Shown: positions 22,544-33,527, numbered from the stretch's first letter. The stretch: DNA of 64,000 nucleotides from an uncultured Arcobacteraceae bacterium (GCA_964022095.1 CAXHZO010000003.1:32001-96000), one strand, 5' to 3'. The notes: generated by a model from the sequence alone, not told the origin. Numbers and translations: made by a program.

Positions 22544-23356
22544 TTATTTGTTTTCTTCTGTTTTATTAACAATGCTTTTTAATTTTTCTTTTACTGTATC
22601 AATTTGTTCATCAGTTGCATTAGTTACTTCTTTTACTTTTTGGCTAACACTATTTATAACTTCTTCTTGTACAGCTTCTTTTACTTCTTCAACATTCTTT
22701 TCTACTTCTTCTTTAATTTCAGTAGTAGTACTATTTATGCTTTGTTTAATCTCATCAGTAGTAGAGCTTTTTCCCCTATTTTCATCTTTTTGTTCATCAC
22801 TTGTTGGAGTTACCTTTTTCGCAGTATCTACAACAGTATCAACAGTGTCTTCAATTTTTGTAGTAATTGAACTAGTGTCAAGTTTAATAATGTATGAACC
22901 AACACTTAATAAATGTGGCATTACAACTGAACCAGCTGATTTCTCATCAATTGCTTTTTTAAATGAATTAACTTGGTAAAGTGCGTATGAAATAACAGAA
23001 AAGATTAAAAATACTTTTGCTGCACCAAATACAAATCCAAATACTCTATCAAAGATTCCTAATCCACTTGCATTGAAAATTTTGCTGATAACTAAACCTA
23101 AAGCATAAACAATAATCCAAAAACCAATTAATGCAACTATAAAGCCAATTAATTTGATTGTTGTTTCATTTTCTAATGCTAAAAAAGGAGCAATTAAATC
23201 ACCAATATCTTTAGATACTCTTGAAGCTACAAATATAGCACCAATAATTCCAATAATTCCAAATACCTCTTTGATAAGTCCTCTAAAAAGTCCTTTTAGT
23301 CCTAAAACTAAAGTAATACCTAATACCACCATATCAAAAATAGTAAACTCTTGCAT
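22544..23356 (-). CDS. cvpA: CvpA (colicin V production) family membrane protein with long acidic C-terminal tail
   Basis: GLFRGLIKE, DRVFGFVFG. Start moved to the ATG at 23356 behind AAGGA. Confidence 0.85.
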   Translation of the reverse strand: MQEFTIFDMVVLGITLVLGLKGLFRGLIKEVFGIIGIIGAIFVASRVSKDIGDLIAPFLALENETTIKLIGFIVALIGFWIIVYALGLVISKIFNASGLGIFDRVFGFVFGAAKVFLIFSVISYALYQVNSFKKAIDEKSAGSVVMPHLLSVGSYIIKLDTSSITTKIEDTVDTVVDTAKKVTPTSDEQKDENRGKSSTTDEIKQSINSTTTEIKEEVEKNVEEVKEAVQEEVINSVSQKVKEVTNATDEQIDTVKEKLKSIVNKTEENK

Positions 23357-23440
23357 AAATTTCCTTTGTATAATATGCGATATTGTATCCAATGTTTTCA
23401 AAATTAAACTTTAAAAAAAAGTTGATATAAATTTAATCTT

Positions 23441-23459
23441 TTTTAGATAAAATCCAATT
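23441..23459 (+). promoter_or_regulatory. Sigma70 -10 element of ispG (probable leaderless transcript)
   Basis: TTTTAGATAAAAT with 6 nt to the ATG and no SD. The same 13-mer lies upstream of apt and ppnP. Confidence 0.6.
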
Positions 23460-24521
23460 ATGATAAAAAGATACCCAACAAAACAAATATTCGTAGGAAA
23501 TGTACCAGTTGGAGGCGATGCCCCAATTCCAGTTCAATCTATGACTTTTACTAAAACATCAGATGTAAAAGCTACAGTTGAACAAATCACAGCATTGCAT
23601 TTTGCTGGTGCAGATATTGTAAGAGTTGCTGTTCCTGATATGGATGCAGCTAATGCATTAAAAGAGATAAAGTCACAAGTTGATTTACCTTTAGTTGCAG
23701 ATATTCACTTTAAATATAAGCTTGCATTAATAGCTTCAGAAGTTGTAGATTGTATTAGAATTAACCCTGGAAATATTGGAGATAAAAAAAGGGTGGCTGA
23801 AGTTGTAAAAGCTTGTCAACAAAGAAATATTCCAATCAGAATTGGAGTGAACTCTGGAAGCTTGGAAAAACAGTTTGAAAATAAATATGGTCAAACACCA
23901 GAAGGTATGGTTGCAAGTGCTGAATACAATATTAAGTATTTAGAAGATTTAGGTTTTACAGATATGAAAATATCACTAAAAGCAAGTGATGTTCAAAGAA
24001 CAGTACAAGCATATAGAATGTTAAGACCAAAAAATAATTATCCATTCCATCTTGGAGTTACAGAAGCTGGAACACAATTTCACTCAACTATAAAATCATC
24101 AATTGCATTAGGAAGTTTACTTCTTGATGGAATAGGGGATACACTAAGAGTATCAATGACTGGTGAATTAGAAGAAGAGATTAAAGTAGGAAAAGCAATA
24201 TTAAAAGATGTTGGTATTGCAAAAGAGGGATTAAATATTGTTTCTTGTCCTACTTGTGGAAGAATAGAAGCAGATTTAGTAAGTGCAGTTGCAGAAATTG
24301 AAAAAAGAACAAGTCATATTAAAACACCACTTGATGTTTCAGTTATGGGTTGTGTTGTAAATGCTATTGGTGAAGCAAAAAGTGCAGATGTTGCAATAGC
24401 ATTTGGAAAAGGTTCAGGTCTTGTAATGAAAAAAGGTGAAATCATAGAAAAACTTTCTGGTGATGCATTAATTAATAAGTTTATTCAAGAAGTAGAATTA
24501 GAAGCTGAAAAAAGAAAGTAG
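23460..24521 (+). CDS. ispG: HMBPP synthase
   Basis: [31 protein letters not shown]. Confidence 0.98.
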   Translation: MIKRYPTKQIFVGNVPVGGDAPIPVQSMTFTKTSDVKATVEQITALHFAGADIVRVAVPDMDAANALKEIKSQVDLPLVADIHFKYKLALIASEVVDCIRINPGNIGDKKRVAEVVKACQQRNIPIRIGVNSGSLEKQFENKYGQTPEGMVASAEYNIKYLEDLGFTDMKISLKASDVQRTVQAYRMLRPKNNYPFHLGVTEAGTQFHSTIKSSIALGSLLLDGIGDTLRVSMTGELEEEIKVGKAILKDVGIAKEGLNIVSCPTCGRIEADLVSAVAEIEKRTSHIKTPLDVSVMGCVVNAIGEAKSADVAIAFGKGSGLVMKKGEIIEKLSGDALINKFIQEVELEAEKRK

Positions 24522-24531
24522 TTATTAATTT

Positions 24532-25977
24532 ATGGATAGTGTTTATAGTATAAATATCGAAAGAGCAGTATTAAGTTCAATTTTATTTAATCCTGAAGAA
24601 TTTGAGGATGTTTTAGGGGTATTAAAAGCAAATGACTTTTATTTACCTGCACATAAAAAAATATTTGAGGTAATGGAAAAACTTCATCATGACGCAATGC
24701 CTATTGATGAAGAGTTTATTAGAAGAAAACTTGATGGAAAAGATGTTGATGATTCAATACTTCTTGAAATACTTTCTGCTAACCCAATTACAAATACTTT
24801 AGCTTATGTTAGAGAGATTAAAGATGGTGCAGTAAAAAGAGAACTTGCAACTTTAGCAACTACAATTAAAAAAGTAGCTATTGAAGAAGAAACAAGTGCA
24901 AATGAAGCCCTTGATACTATTCAAGGTGCATTATATAAAATATCAACAGATAGTGCTACAAATGAAGTAAAAGATATGGAAACAGTAACATCTGATACTA
25001 TTGACTATATCAAAAGAATGAAAGAACTTGGAAATACTCACTTAATTGGTGAGACAACAGGTTTTGAAGCACTAGATAGAAGAACTACTGGATTTAACGA
25101 AGGGGATTTAGTAATTATTGCAGCAAGACCTGCAATGGGTAAAACTGCACTTGTACTTAATATGGCTTTATCAAATGTTGAAGCAAATAGAGGTGTTATC
25201 TTTTTCTCTCTTGAAATGCCAGCAGAACAATTGATGCTAAGAATGTTAGCAGCTAAAACTTCTATTCCTCTGCAAAACCTTAGAAAAGGTGATATGGATG
25301 ATTCTCAGTGGTCAAACTTAACTGCTGCATTTGATGATTTAAATAAAAAGAAGCTTTTTGTTGATGATGGTGGTAGTGTAAATATTAATCAATTAAGAGC
25401 AAGGGTAAGAAAGCTTGCTCAAAACGAAGATAATAACATTTCACTAGTTGTAATTGACTACTTACAACTTATGCAAGGAACTGGAAATAAAGATAGACAC
25501 CAAGAGGTTTCTGATATTTCAAGGGGGCTTAAAATGCTTGCAAGAGAGATGAAAATTCCTATTGTTGCATTATCTCAGTTAAACAGGGGATTAGAAAATA
25601 GACCCGATAAAAGACCAATGCTTTCAGACCTTAGGGAATCTGGTGCTATTGAGCAAGATGCTGATATTATTATGTTTGTATATAGAGATGATGTATATAA
25701 AGAAAGAGATGAAGCTAGAAAAGAAAAAGAAGCAAAAGACAAGGGTGAAGAGTATAAATCTACATTTGTTAATAAACCAGTAGAAGAAGCTGAGGTAATT
25801 ATAGGTAAACAAAGAAATGGTCCAATTGGAACTGTTAAACTAGACTTCCATAAAGCATTAACTAAATTTGTTGATAAACCAAATGATCATCAAGGTGCAG
25901 CTCCAGTAGAAATAGTATTTGAAACAGTTGCTGATAATGAAAAAGAGACAAACATTGATATGCCAGACATATTATAA
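24532..25977 (+). CDS. dnaB: Replicative DNA helicase
   Basis: AARPAMGKT, IDYLQL, SQLNR, DLRESGAIEQDAD, KQRNGP. Confidence 0.99.
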   Translation: MDSVYSINIERAVLSSILFNPEEFEDVLGVLKANDFYLPAHKKIFEVMEKLHHDAMPIDEEFIRRKLDGKDVDDSILLEILSANPITNTLAYVREIKDGAVKRELATLATTIKKVAIEEETSANEALDTIQGALYKISTDSATNEVKDMETVTSDTIDYIKRMKELGNTHLIGETTGFEALDRRTTGFNEGDLVIIAARPAMGKTALVLNMALSNVEANRGVIFFSLEMPAEQLMLRMLAAKTSIPLQNLRKGDMDDSQWSNLTAAFDDLNKKKLFVDDGGSVNINQLRARVRKLAQNEDNNISLVVIDYLQLMQGTGNKDRHQEVSDISRGLKMLAREMKIPIVALSQLNRGLENRPDKRPMLSDLRESGAIEQDADIIMFVYRDDVYKERDEARKEKEAKDKGEEYKSTFVNKPVEEAEVIIGKQRNGPIGTVKLDFHKALTKFVDKPNDHQGAAPVEIVFETVADNEKETNIDMPDIL

Positions 25978-26062
25978 AGTGTGTAAATAAATTATTTTAT
26001 TATTTAAACTTAAGAATAGTTATTTTATAATCTTTTAAATTATTTAATTTAAAGGATTATAC

Positions 26063-26464
26063 ATGAAAAAAGGATTTTCGTTATTAGAGTTAATTTTTGC
26101 AATTGTAATTATTGGTGTTATCGCATCATTTGCAGTTCCTAAATTTTTGGATACAAAAGACACTGCTGTTGCTTCGACAATAAAAAGAGATATATCTTCT
26201 ATTATTTCTGCTGTACAAACATACTATCTTCAAAAAGAAGAGATTACTAGCATCTCAGATGCTATAACATATAATGATCAAAATTGGATAGCTCAAGAAG
26301 ATAATCCAAATAAAATCACTGATAAAAATAATTGTGTAACGATTGAAGTTAAACCTGATGATAAAGATATTATTCAAGTGACTTTGTTATCTAATGATAG
26401 TGAGAATACTTGTGCTAAATTAGAAGTTGAAGGAATAAAAACACAAGAGTATAATCTTATATAG
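26063..26464 (+). CDS. Prepilin-type N-terminal cleavage protein (pseudopilin / competence pilin-like)
   Basis: MKKG|FSLLELIFAIVIIGVIASFAVP class III signal; C-terminal Cys pair. Confidence 0.9.
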   Translation: MKKGFSLLELIFAIVIIGVIASFAVPKFLDTKDTAVASTIKRDISSIISAVQTYYLQKEEITSISDAITYNDQNWIAQEDNPNKITDKNNCVTIEVKPDDKDIIQVTLLSNDSENTCAKLEVEGIKTQEYNLI

Positions 26465-27271
26465 TTACTCTTTTTTTCTAACTCTTAAAAAAGATGCAAA
26501 TTTTGGTTTCCCATATTTTGTAAAATCATAGTATTTAAAAGTAACTATGTCATTTAATTTTGGAGGGGTTTTTCTTTGTAAATTTGAAAATCCTCCTCCT
26601 AAATTAAAAATGACACCGTTTTCTAGTTTTATTTTTAAACTTTTAAATTCATTTTTTTCATTGTAGTTATGTCCTATTACTAAACCTTCTGAATCATAAA
26701 ACTTTTTTACTTTTAATACATTACTGCTTCTTCCTACAAAATAGTCAATTTTAGGGTTTTTAATTATAATTCCTTCTGCATTTTTTGATACTAGAGTGTC
26801 TAAATACTCATTTAAATGATTTTTATTTTTGCATATAGTTTGAGGTATTATTTTTATATTTTTTGAATTATTTTCTAAAAGCCATTTTTCTAAAACATTT
26901 AACCTTTGAAAAAAATCACCTTTTTGATTTGGTACTTCAAAGATATTGTATGTAATCTCTTCCCATTTTTTTGAAGGGTTTTTATCTAAAACAATATTTT
27001 GAATATTTTCAAAATCAGCTCTTTTTGTCCATAATTCTCCATCTATTTCAAAAGGTGGAAGTTGAGATATAAACCATTTTGGGGCATGTATTTGATTTGA
27101 ATTTTTACTTAAAAGGTTCTTTCCATCCCAATATGCTCTTATTCCATCTAGTTTTTCACTCATAGCCCAGCCAATTACTTCATGACTATTTTTATCGTAA
27201 ACTTTCGCTTTTTGAATTTCTAATGCAAATAATAAAATATAACTGTTAATTAGTAAGAATATAAGCTTCAA
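26465..27271 (-). CDS. Minimal ATP-dependent DNA ligase with signal peptide (Lig E type)
   Basis: SEKLDGIRA adenylation motif, DGELW, EGIIIK, LKVK, TFKY, PKFASFLRVR. Probable TTG start at 27271 behind GGAGG. Confidence 0.92.
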   Translation of the reverse strand: MKLIFLLINSYILLFALEIQKAKVYDKNSHEVIGWAMSEKLDGIRAYWDGKNLLSKNSNQIHAPKWFISQLPPFEIDGELWTKRADFENIQNIVLDKNPSKKWEEITYNIFEVPNQKGDFFQRLNVLEKWLLENNSKNIKIIPQTICKNKNHLNEYLDTLVSKNAEGIIIKNPKIDYFVGRSSNVLKVKKFYDSEGLVIGHNYNEKNEFKSLKIKLENGVIFNLGGGFSNLQRKTPPKLNDIVTFKYYDFTKYGKPKFASFLRVRKKE

Positions 27272-27391
27272 AGTAGCCTCCATAAATAATTTAAAATATT
27301 ATATTTAAAATATTTTAAATTCATCATAAACTCATAATATTATTTTAGATAAAATATTTAACTTTCACACGAAGCGATATAAAGGGATTTT

Positions 27392-27946
27392 ATGAGCGAA
27401 GAAATTATATTAAATGAAAATGATAAAAAATATCTTTTAGATTCCATAAGAGATATCAAGGATTTTCCAAAACCTGGAATTGTATTTAAAGATATTACGA
27501 CACTTTTAAATAATAAAGATGCATACAAGTTTTTGATGAATCACTTAGAAAATAGATACAAAGATTATGATTTTGACTACATTGCAGGAATTGATTCAAG
27601 AGGTTTTATTTTTGGAGCGGCACTTGCTGATAGATTAGGTATTGGATTTGTTCCAATTAGAAAAAAAGGTAAACTACCTGCTGCAACAGTTTGCGAAAAA
27701 TATGAGTTAGAGTATGGATTTGATCAAGTTGAAATTCATCTTGATGCTTTTCCAAAAAAAGATGCAAGAGTATTAATAATTGATGATTTAATTGCAACTG
27801 GTGGGACAGCTCAAGCTGCAGCTAAATTAGTAAAAGATGTTAATGCAAATTTAGTTGAAATGTGTTTTTTAATTAATTTAACATTTTTAGATGGAGCAAA
27901 AAGATTAGAAGAGTTTGCTCCTGTTTATTCAATATTAGAAATTTAA
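27392..27946 (+). CDS. apt: Adenine phosphoribosyltransferase
   Basis: [31 protein letters not shown]. Confidence 0.98.
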   Translation: MSEEIILNENDKKYLLDSIRDIKDFPKPGIVFKDITTLLNNKDAYKFLMNHLENRYKDYDFDYIAGIDSRGFIFGAALADRLGIGFVPIRKKGKLPAATVCEKYELEYGFDQVEIHLDAFPKKDARVLIIDDLIATGGTAQAAAKLVKDVNANLVEMCFLINLTFLDGAKRLEEFAPVYSILEI

Positions 27947-27961
27947 TAAAAGAGAAAAATT

Positions 27962-29170
27962 ATGAGTTACTATATTCCAAAACCAAGTGTTTTTGACCCA
28001 GATATAAAAGGTCAATTCGGTATTTTTGGTGGACAATATGTTCCTGAAACATTAATGCCAATTTTAAAAGAATTAGAAGATGAATATAAAAAATACAGAT
28101 TTGATGAAGAGTTCTGGAAAGAAGTAGATGGATATTTAAAAGATTATGTAGGAAGAACTACACCTCTTTATCATGCTAAAAATATTAGTGAAGAAATTGG
28201 AGCGAAAGTATATTTAAAAAGAGAAGATTTAAATCATACTGGTGCGCATAAAGTAAATAACGTTATTGCTCAAGGATTACTTGCTAAAAAATTAGGTAAA
28301 ACAAAAGTTATTGCAGAAACAGGTGCTGGTCAACATGGTGTTGCAAGTGCTACAATCGCCGCACTTTTGGGTCTAGAATGTACAGTTTTTATGGGTGCAA
28401 AAGATGTTGAGAGACAAGAGTTAAATGTATTTAGAATGAAGCTTTTAGGAGCTAAAGTTATTGCAGTTGAGTCTGGCAGTAAAACATTAAAAGATGCAAT
28501 GAATGATGCAATTAGATATTGGGTAACAAATGCAAGAGATACTTTTTATATAATAGGAACAGTTGCAGGTCCTCATCCATATCCAATGATGGTTAGAGAC
28601 TTCCAAGCAGTTATAGGTTGGGAAGCAAGAGCTCAAATTTTAGAAAAAGATGGGAAATTACCTGATTATGTAGTAGCATGTATTGGTGGTGGATCAAATG
28701 CCATTGGTATGTTCTCACACTTTTTAGAGGATAAACAGACTACTTGTATTGGTATTGAAGCAGGTGGATTAGGACTTGATACTGATAAACATGGATGTTC
28801 ATTAGAAAAGGGAAGTCCAGGAGTTTTACATGGACAGTGTTCATACTTACTTCAAGATGAAGATGGACAAGTAATTGAAGCACACTCTATTAGTGCTGGA
28901 CTTGATTATCCAGGTATTGGACCAGAGCACTCTTTTCACAAAGATAATAACTCTGTGCAGTATGATTCAATTACAGATAAAGAAGCATTAGACGCTTTTG
29001 TATGGCTTTCACAAGCTGAAGGAATAATTCCTGCATTTGAAAGTTCTCACGCAGTTGCTTATTTAAAAAAAGCACAAGATAAGTTCAAAGGTAAAACAGT
29101 AATCATCAACCTTTCAGGTAGAGGTGATAAGGATATGGTTCAAGCAAAAAGTTTATTGAGCTTTGATTAG
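27962..29170 (+). CDS. trpB: Tryptophan synthase beta chain
   Basis: [39 protein letters not shown]. Confidence 0.98.
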   Translation: MSYYIPKPSVFDPDIKGQFGIFGGQYVPETLMPILKELEDEYKKYRFDEEFWKEVDGYLKDYVGRTTPLYHAKNISEEIGAKVYLKREDLNHTGAHKVNNVIAQGLLAKKLGKTKVIAETGAGQHGVASATIAALLGLECTVFMGAKDVERQELNVFRMKLLGAKVIAVESGSKTLKDAMNDAIRYWVTNARDTFYIIGTVAGPHPYPMMVRDFQAVIGWEARAQILEKDGKLPDYVVACIGGGSNAIGMFSHFLEDKQTTCIGIEAGGLGLDTDKHGCSLEKGSPGVLHGQCSYLLQDEDGQVIEAHSISAGLDYPGIGPEHSFHKDNNSVQYDSITDKEALDAFVWLSQAEGIIPAFESSHAVAYLKKAQDKFKGKTVIINLSGRGDKDMVQAKSLLSFD

Positions 29171-29178
29171 GTAGTAAA

Positions 29179-29880
29179 ATGGAAAAACTATTTAAAAAGC
29201 TTCAACCACATTCAGGAAAAATACTAGCAGCTGTAGTTGTAGTATTTTTCTCATTTCTTGCATATAATTTATATCATGCACCCGTTGATGGATTTGAAGA
29301 AAAGTTTGTATACTTATTAAAGCAGTATGGATACATAATTCTTTTTGCATGGGGAATGCTAGAAGGAGAAGCTGGCTTAATTATGGCTGGGCTTTTATCT
29401 CATACTGGTGATATGAATTTATACTTAGCAATCTTTGTTGCAGGTCTTGGCGGTTTTGCTGGAGATCAAGTATATTTTTATATTGGAAGATTTAATAAAT
29501 CACATGTACATAAAAAGTTCAAAGGGCAAAGGCGAAAATTTGCTTTTGCCCATTTACTTTTAAAGAAACATGGCTGGCCAATAATTTTTATTCAAAGATA
29601 TATGTATGGAATGAGAACAATAATCCCAATATCAATTGGACTTACAAGATATAGTGCAAAAATGTTTGCATTTATAAATCTAATTAGTGCATGGTGTTGG
29701 GCTGCAATTACAATTGTACCTGTTTGGTATTTTGGTGAAGAGATTTTAGTAGTTTTAGATTGGGCAAAAGAGCATTGGTATTTAGCAATTCCAATCGCAT
29801 TAATTTTTGGTGGTAGTATTATTTATGTATTTAATAAAGCTACAAGAAAAGTAGAAAGAAAGGTTGTAAATGAAAATTAA
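29179..29880 (+). CDS. DedA family membrane protein
   Basis: LEGE, GDQVYFYIGR, IQRYMYGMR. Confidence 0.92.
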   Translation: MEKLFKKLQPHSGKILAAVVVVFFSFLAYNLYHAPVDGFEEKFVYLLKQYGYIILFAWGMLEGEAGLIMAGLLSHTGDMNLYLAIFVAGLGGFAGDQVYFYIGRFNKSHVHKKFKGQRRKFAFAHLLLKKHGWPIIFIQRYMYGMRTIIPISIGLTRYSAKMFAFINLISAWCWAAITIVPVWYFGEEILVVLDWAKEHWYLAIPIALIFGGSIIYVFNKATRKVERKVVNEN

Positions 29881-31285
29881 ATTAATTGAAAAAAATATTA
29901 ATGAGATAAAAGCAGATATTGAAATCATTTTTGTAAATGATTTAGAAAACTGTGCTGATAAAGAGATTTTAGAGAGTATTGATTTTAAAGCAAAAGATGA
30001 AGCTTGTGTTTTATTAGCAGAATCTAAAAAGATTTATGTAGGTTTTGAAGAAGCGACATATGATTGTATTGCAATTGCTTCTGCAATAGCAATTAAAAAG
30101 CTTGCATCTACAAAATATGAGAATGTAAAAGTATCTTTAACTGATGATTTAGAAAAGAACTTTAAAGCTTTAATTGAAGGTGTTTTATTAGGTGAATATA
30201 AATTTACAAAATATAAATCACAAAAAGAAGAGAAGAAAAAACTAAATTTAGATATTGCAGTAAATACTAATAAAGAGCAATTAGAAGAGACTTTAAAAGA
30301 ATCAAAAACTATTGCAAAAGCAGTAAATAAAACTAGAGACATGGTAAATACACCACCTCAAGATTTTTATCCAGAAGTAATGGCAGATATTGCTAAAGAT
30401 TTAGCAAAAGATGCAAATATAGAAATAAAAGTTGAAGGGGAAAAGTATTTAAAGAAAAATAAAATGCTTACAATGTTAAGTGTTGGTAGAGCTTCAATTC
30501 ACGAATCAAAATTAATTCACTTAACTTATAAACCAAAAAATGCAAAGAAAAAAGTAGTATTAGTTGGTAAGGGTTTAACTTATGATTCAGGTGGATTATC
30601 ACTAAAACCAGCAGACTTTATGGTTACAATGAAATCAGATAAGTCTGGTGGCTGTGCAGTATTATCATCAATTTGGGCAATAGCAAAACTAGGGCTTGAT
30701 GTAGAAGTACATGCAATTGTTGGTGCTGTTGAAAATATGATTGGTGGAGATGCTTATAAACCTGATGATGTATTAACATCTAAAAATGGTAAAACAATTG
30801 AAGTTAGAAACACTGATGCTGAGGGTAGATTAGTATTAAGTGATTGTTTATGTTACGCACAAGATGAAATTAAAGATATTGATTATATTTTTGATTATGC
30901 AACATTAACTGGAGCTTGTGTTGTAGGTGTTGGTCAATATACAACTGGAGTTATGGGAAATTGTGATGACTTAAAATATAAAGCTGTAAGTAGTGCTAAA
31001 AAATCTGGTGAATATGCAACTTCATTAGATTTCAATAGATATTTAAGAAAAACTATTAAATCAGAAATTGCTGATATTGCAAATATTGCAAGCACTAGAT
31101 ATGGTGGGGCAATTACAGCTGGAATATTCTTAGATAATTTTATTTATGAAGAGAATAAAAACAAATGGATTCATTTTGATATTGCAGGACCTGCTTTTGT
31201 TGAAAAAGCTTGGGGTTATAATCCACATGGTGGAAGTGGAGCAGGGGTTAGATTTACTGTTGAACTACTAAAAAACCTTAAATAA
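29870..31285 (+). CDS. pepA: Leucyl aminopeptidase (M17)
   Basis: VGKGLTYDSGG, MKSDKSG, NTDAEGRL, ATLTGA. Confidence 0.97.
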   Translation: MKIKLIEKNINEIKADIEIIFVNDLENCADKEILESIDFKAKDEACVLLAESKKIYVGFEEATYDCIAIASAIAIKKLASTKYENVKVSLTDDLEKNFKALIEGVLLGEYKFTKYKSQKEEKKKLNLDIAVNTNKEQLEETLKESKTIAKAVNKTRDMVNTPPQDFYPEVMADIAKDLAKDANIEIKVEGEKYLKKNKMLTMLSVGRASIHESKLIHLTYKPKNAKKKVVLVGKGLTYDSGGLSLKPADFMVTMKSDKSGGCAVLSSIWAIAKLGLDVEVHAIVGAVENMIGGDAYKPDDVLTSKNGKTIEVRNTDAEGRLVLSDCLCYAQDEIKDIDYIFDYATLTGACVVGVGQYTTGVMGNCDDLKYKAVSSAKKSGEYATSLDFNRYLRKTIKSEIADIANIASTRYGGAITAGIFLDNFIYEENKNKWIHFDIAGPAFVEKAWGYNPHGGSGAGVRFTVELLKNLK

Positions 31286-31294
31286 AAAGTATAT

Positions 31295-31321
31295 ATTTAC
31301 AGCACAAAATGTGCTGTAAAT
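31295..31321. terminator. Inverted repeat between convergent pepA and ppk2 (probable bidirectional terminator)
   Basis: ATTTACAGCACA-AAA-TGTGCTGTAAAT perfect 12-bp stem. Confidence 0.8.
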
Positions 31322-31325
31322 TATA

Positions 31326-32210
31326 TTAGTTTTTTCTAATATTTTGATTCATAATCTCTAACTCTTTTTCAGCTGAAATTACAATATCTGAATCTACTTC
31401 AAAGTTAATTCTTAAATCTCTTTTTTCATAATCTACTTTATTTAAAATTGTTTTAATTGCATTTATTCTAGCAGTAAATTTATCATCACTTCTAATAATT
31501 GTCCAAGGAGAAGCTTCTGTATTAGTCTCTTTTAACATTCTATATTTTTTTTCTGTGAACTCTTCCCATCTTTCTTGCATTTGCATGTCAATTTCACTAA
31601 GTTTCCATTGTTTTAATGGATTTTTTTCTCGTTCTTCAAATCTATTAGCTTGCTCTTCTTTTGAAACTGAAAAATAAATTTTTAAAAAATGAACACCATG
31701 TTCAATTACATTTTCTTCAAAATTTGTAACGGTATTCATAAATGTTTCATACTCATCTTCTGTACAAAAACCAAATACAGGTTCAACCATAGATCTGTTA
31801 TACCAACTCCTATCAAATATAACTATTTCTCCAGCTTTTGGAAAGTTTTGGATATATCTTTGAAAGTACCACTGACTTTTCTCTACATCTGAAGGTTTAC
31901 CTAAAGCTACAACTCTATAATGTTTTTCATTCATATATCTAGTGATTCTTCTAATAGCACCACCTTTTCCAGAAGCATCTCTTCCTTCAACTAATATAAT
32001 CATTTTTTCATTGTGTTTTTCTAAGTGTTCTTGTAGTTTGATTAGTTCAACTTGAAGTGTTCTTAAGGCCTCTTCTTGTGATCTATATTGATACTTTTTA
32101 TGTAAATCTTTTATAAACTCATCACTAGGATTGTCATTTAGAGTTTTTATAAAGTCTTCAAAATTTAATATGTCTTCTCTGTGTTTATTATAAAGTTTTT
32201 CAATTTCCAT
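31326..32210 (-). CDS. ppk2: Polyphosphate kinase 2
   Basis: EGRDASGKGG, FDRSWYNR, KQWKLS, SPW. Confidence 0.97.
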   Translation of the reverse strand: MEIEKLYNKHREDILNFEDFIKTLNDNPSDEFIKDLHKKYQYRSQEEALRTLQVELIKLQEHLEKHNEKMIILVEGRDASGKGGAIRRITRYMNEKHYRVVALGKPSDVEKSQWYFQRYIQNFPKAGEIVIFDRSWYNRSMVEPVFGFCTEDEYETFMNTVTNFEENVIEHGVHFLKIYFSVSKEEQANRFEEREKNPLKQWKLSEIDMQMQERWEEFTEKKYRMLKETNTEASPWTIIRSDDKFTARINAIKTILNKVDYEKRDLRINFEVDSDIVISAEKELEIMNQNIRKN

Positions 32211-32282
32211 TTAGTACCTTTTGTTTTAAATAAATTATATTATAACTTTTTTATATTTCATCTAAGTAACACTGTTTCGATG

Positions 32283-32317
32283 ATTTTATCTGTTTTTTTG
32301 TCTTTTTTTCATATAAT
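32283..32317 (+). promoter_or_regulatory. Campylobacterota-type sigma70 promoter of ychF
   Basis: TATAAT at 32312-32317 preceded by three T-tracts at about 10-bp spacing. Confidence 0.6.
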
Positions 32318-32349
32318 CCCGAACAAATATATTTATTAAAGGTTAATTT

Positions 32350-33450
32350 ATGGGATTAGGTGTAGGAATCGTAGGACTTCCAAATGTAGGGAAATCAACA
32401 ACTTTTAATGCTTTAACAAAAGCTCAAAATGCAGAGGCACAAAACTATCCGTTTTGTACAATTGAACCAAATAAGGCAATTGTACCAGTACCAGATAAAA
32501 GATTAGATGAATTAGCAAAAATTGTAATTCCAGATAAAGTTCAGCACTCTACAATTGATTTTGTCGATATTGCAGGTTTAGTTAGAGGTGCTTCTAAAGG
32601 TGAAGGTTTAGGGAATCAATTTTTATCTAATATTAGAGAAGTAGAAGTTATTTTACATATGGTTAGATGTTTCGATGATGGTAATATTACTCACGTTGAA
32701 GGTGATGTTGATCCAATTAGAGATATTGAAATTATTGAAACAGAATTAATCTATGCAGATATTTCTCAAATTGAAAAAAAGATTGATAGACTTAAAAAAC
32801 AATCTAAAGGTTCAAAAGAAGCTGCATCTCAATTAGTTGTAGCCCAAGAGTTATATGAGCATTTAGCTGAATTACAACCTGTGAAAACATTTGAAAAACT
32901 TGATGATGAAATTTTTATGGCTTTAGATAAAGAGTTAAGATTCTTATCAAATAAAGATGTAATCTATGGAGCAAATGTTGATGAAGATTCTTTAGTAGAT
33001 GGTAATAACTATGTTGAAGTTTTAAAAGAACATGCAGCTAGCGTTAATGCAGATTTAATTATGTTATGTGCAAAAATTGAAGAAGAATTAGTTGGTATGG
33101 AAGATGATGAAGCAAAAGAGATGTTAAATGACTTAGGTGTACAAGAATCTGGTTTAGAAAAAATTATTCATACATCTTTTGATAAATTAGGTTTACAATC
33201 ATATTTCACAGCTGGTAAAGTTGAAGTTAGAGCTTGGACTATTCGAAAAAATACAAAAGCACCACAAGCAGCAGCTGTAATTCATAATGACTTTGAAAAA
33301 GGTTTTATTAAAGCAGAAGTAATTTCTTATGAAGATTTTGTTGCTCTTGGTGGAGAAGCTAAGTGTAAAGAAGCTGGAAAGTTAAAACTTGAAGGTAAGG
33401 ATTATGTTGTTCAAGATGGTGATGTAATGCACTTTAGATTTAATGTATAA
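32350..33450 (+). CDS. ychF: Ribosome-binding ATPase YchF
   Basis: GLPNVGKST, NYPFCTIEPN, DIAGLV, GEGLGNQFL, FRFNV. Confidence 0.99.
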   Translation: MGLGVGIVGLPNVGKSTTFNALTKAQNAEAQNYPFCTIEPNKAIVPVPDKRLDELAKIVIPDKVQHSTIDFVDIAGLVRGASKGEGLGNQFLSNIREVEVILHMVRCFDDGNITHVEGDVDPIRDIEIIETELIYADISQIEKKIDRLKKQSKGSKEAASQLVVAQELYEHLAELQPVKTFEKLDDEIFMALDKELRFLSNKDVIYGANVDEDSLVDGNNYVEVLKEHAASVNADLIMLCAKIEEELVGMEDDEAKEMLNDLGVQESGLEKIIHTSFDKLGLQSYFTAGKVEVRAWTIRKNTKAPQAAAVIHNDFEKGFIKAEVISYEDFVALGGEAKCKEAGKLKLEGKDYVVQDGDVMHFRFNV

Positions 33451-33527
33451 TTTAATTAAATAATTTATGATTAATTGATAAACTTTTTGTTACAATAAAA
33501 AATAATAAAATTTAAGAGGAGTAACGT

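Noticed and set aside
22503-23414. Plus-strand ORFs 22503-22979, 22604-22870 and 23154-23414
   Set aside because: Antisense to cvpA; their Ser/Phe/Thr-rich composition simply mirrors its low-complexity tail.
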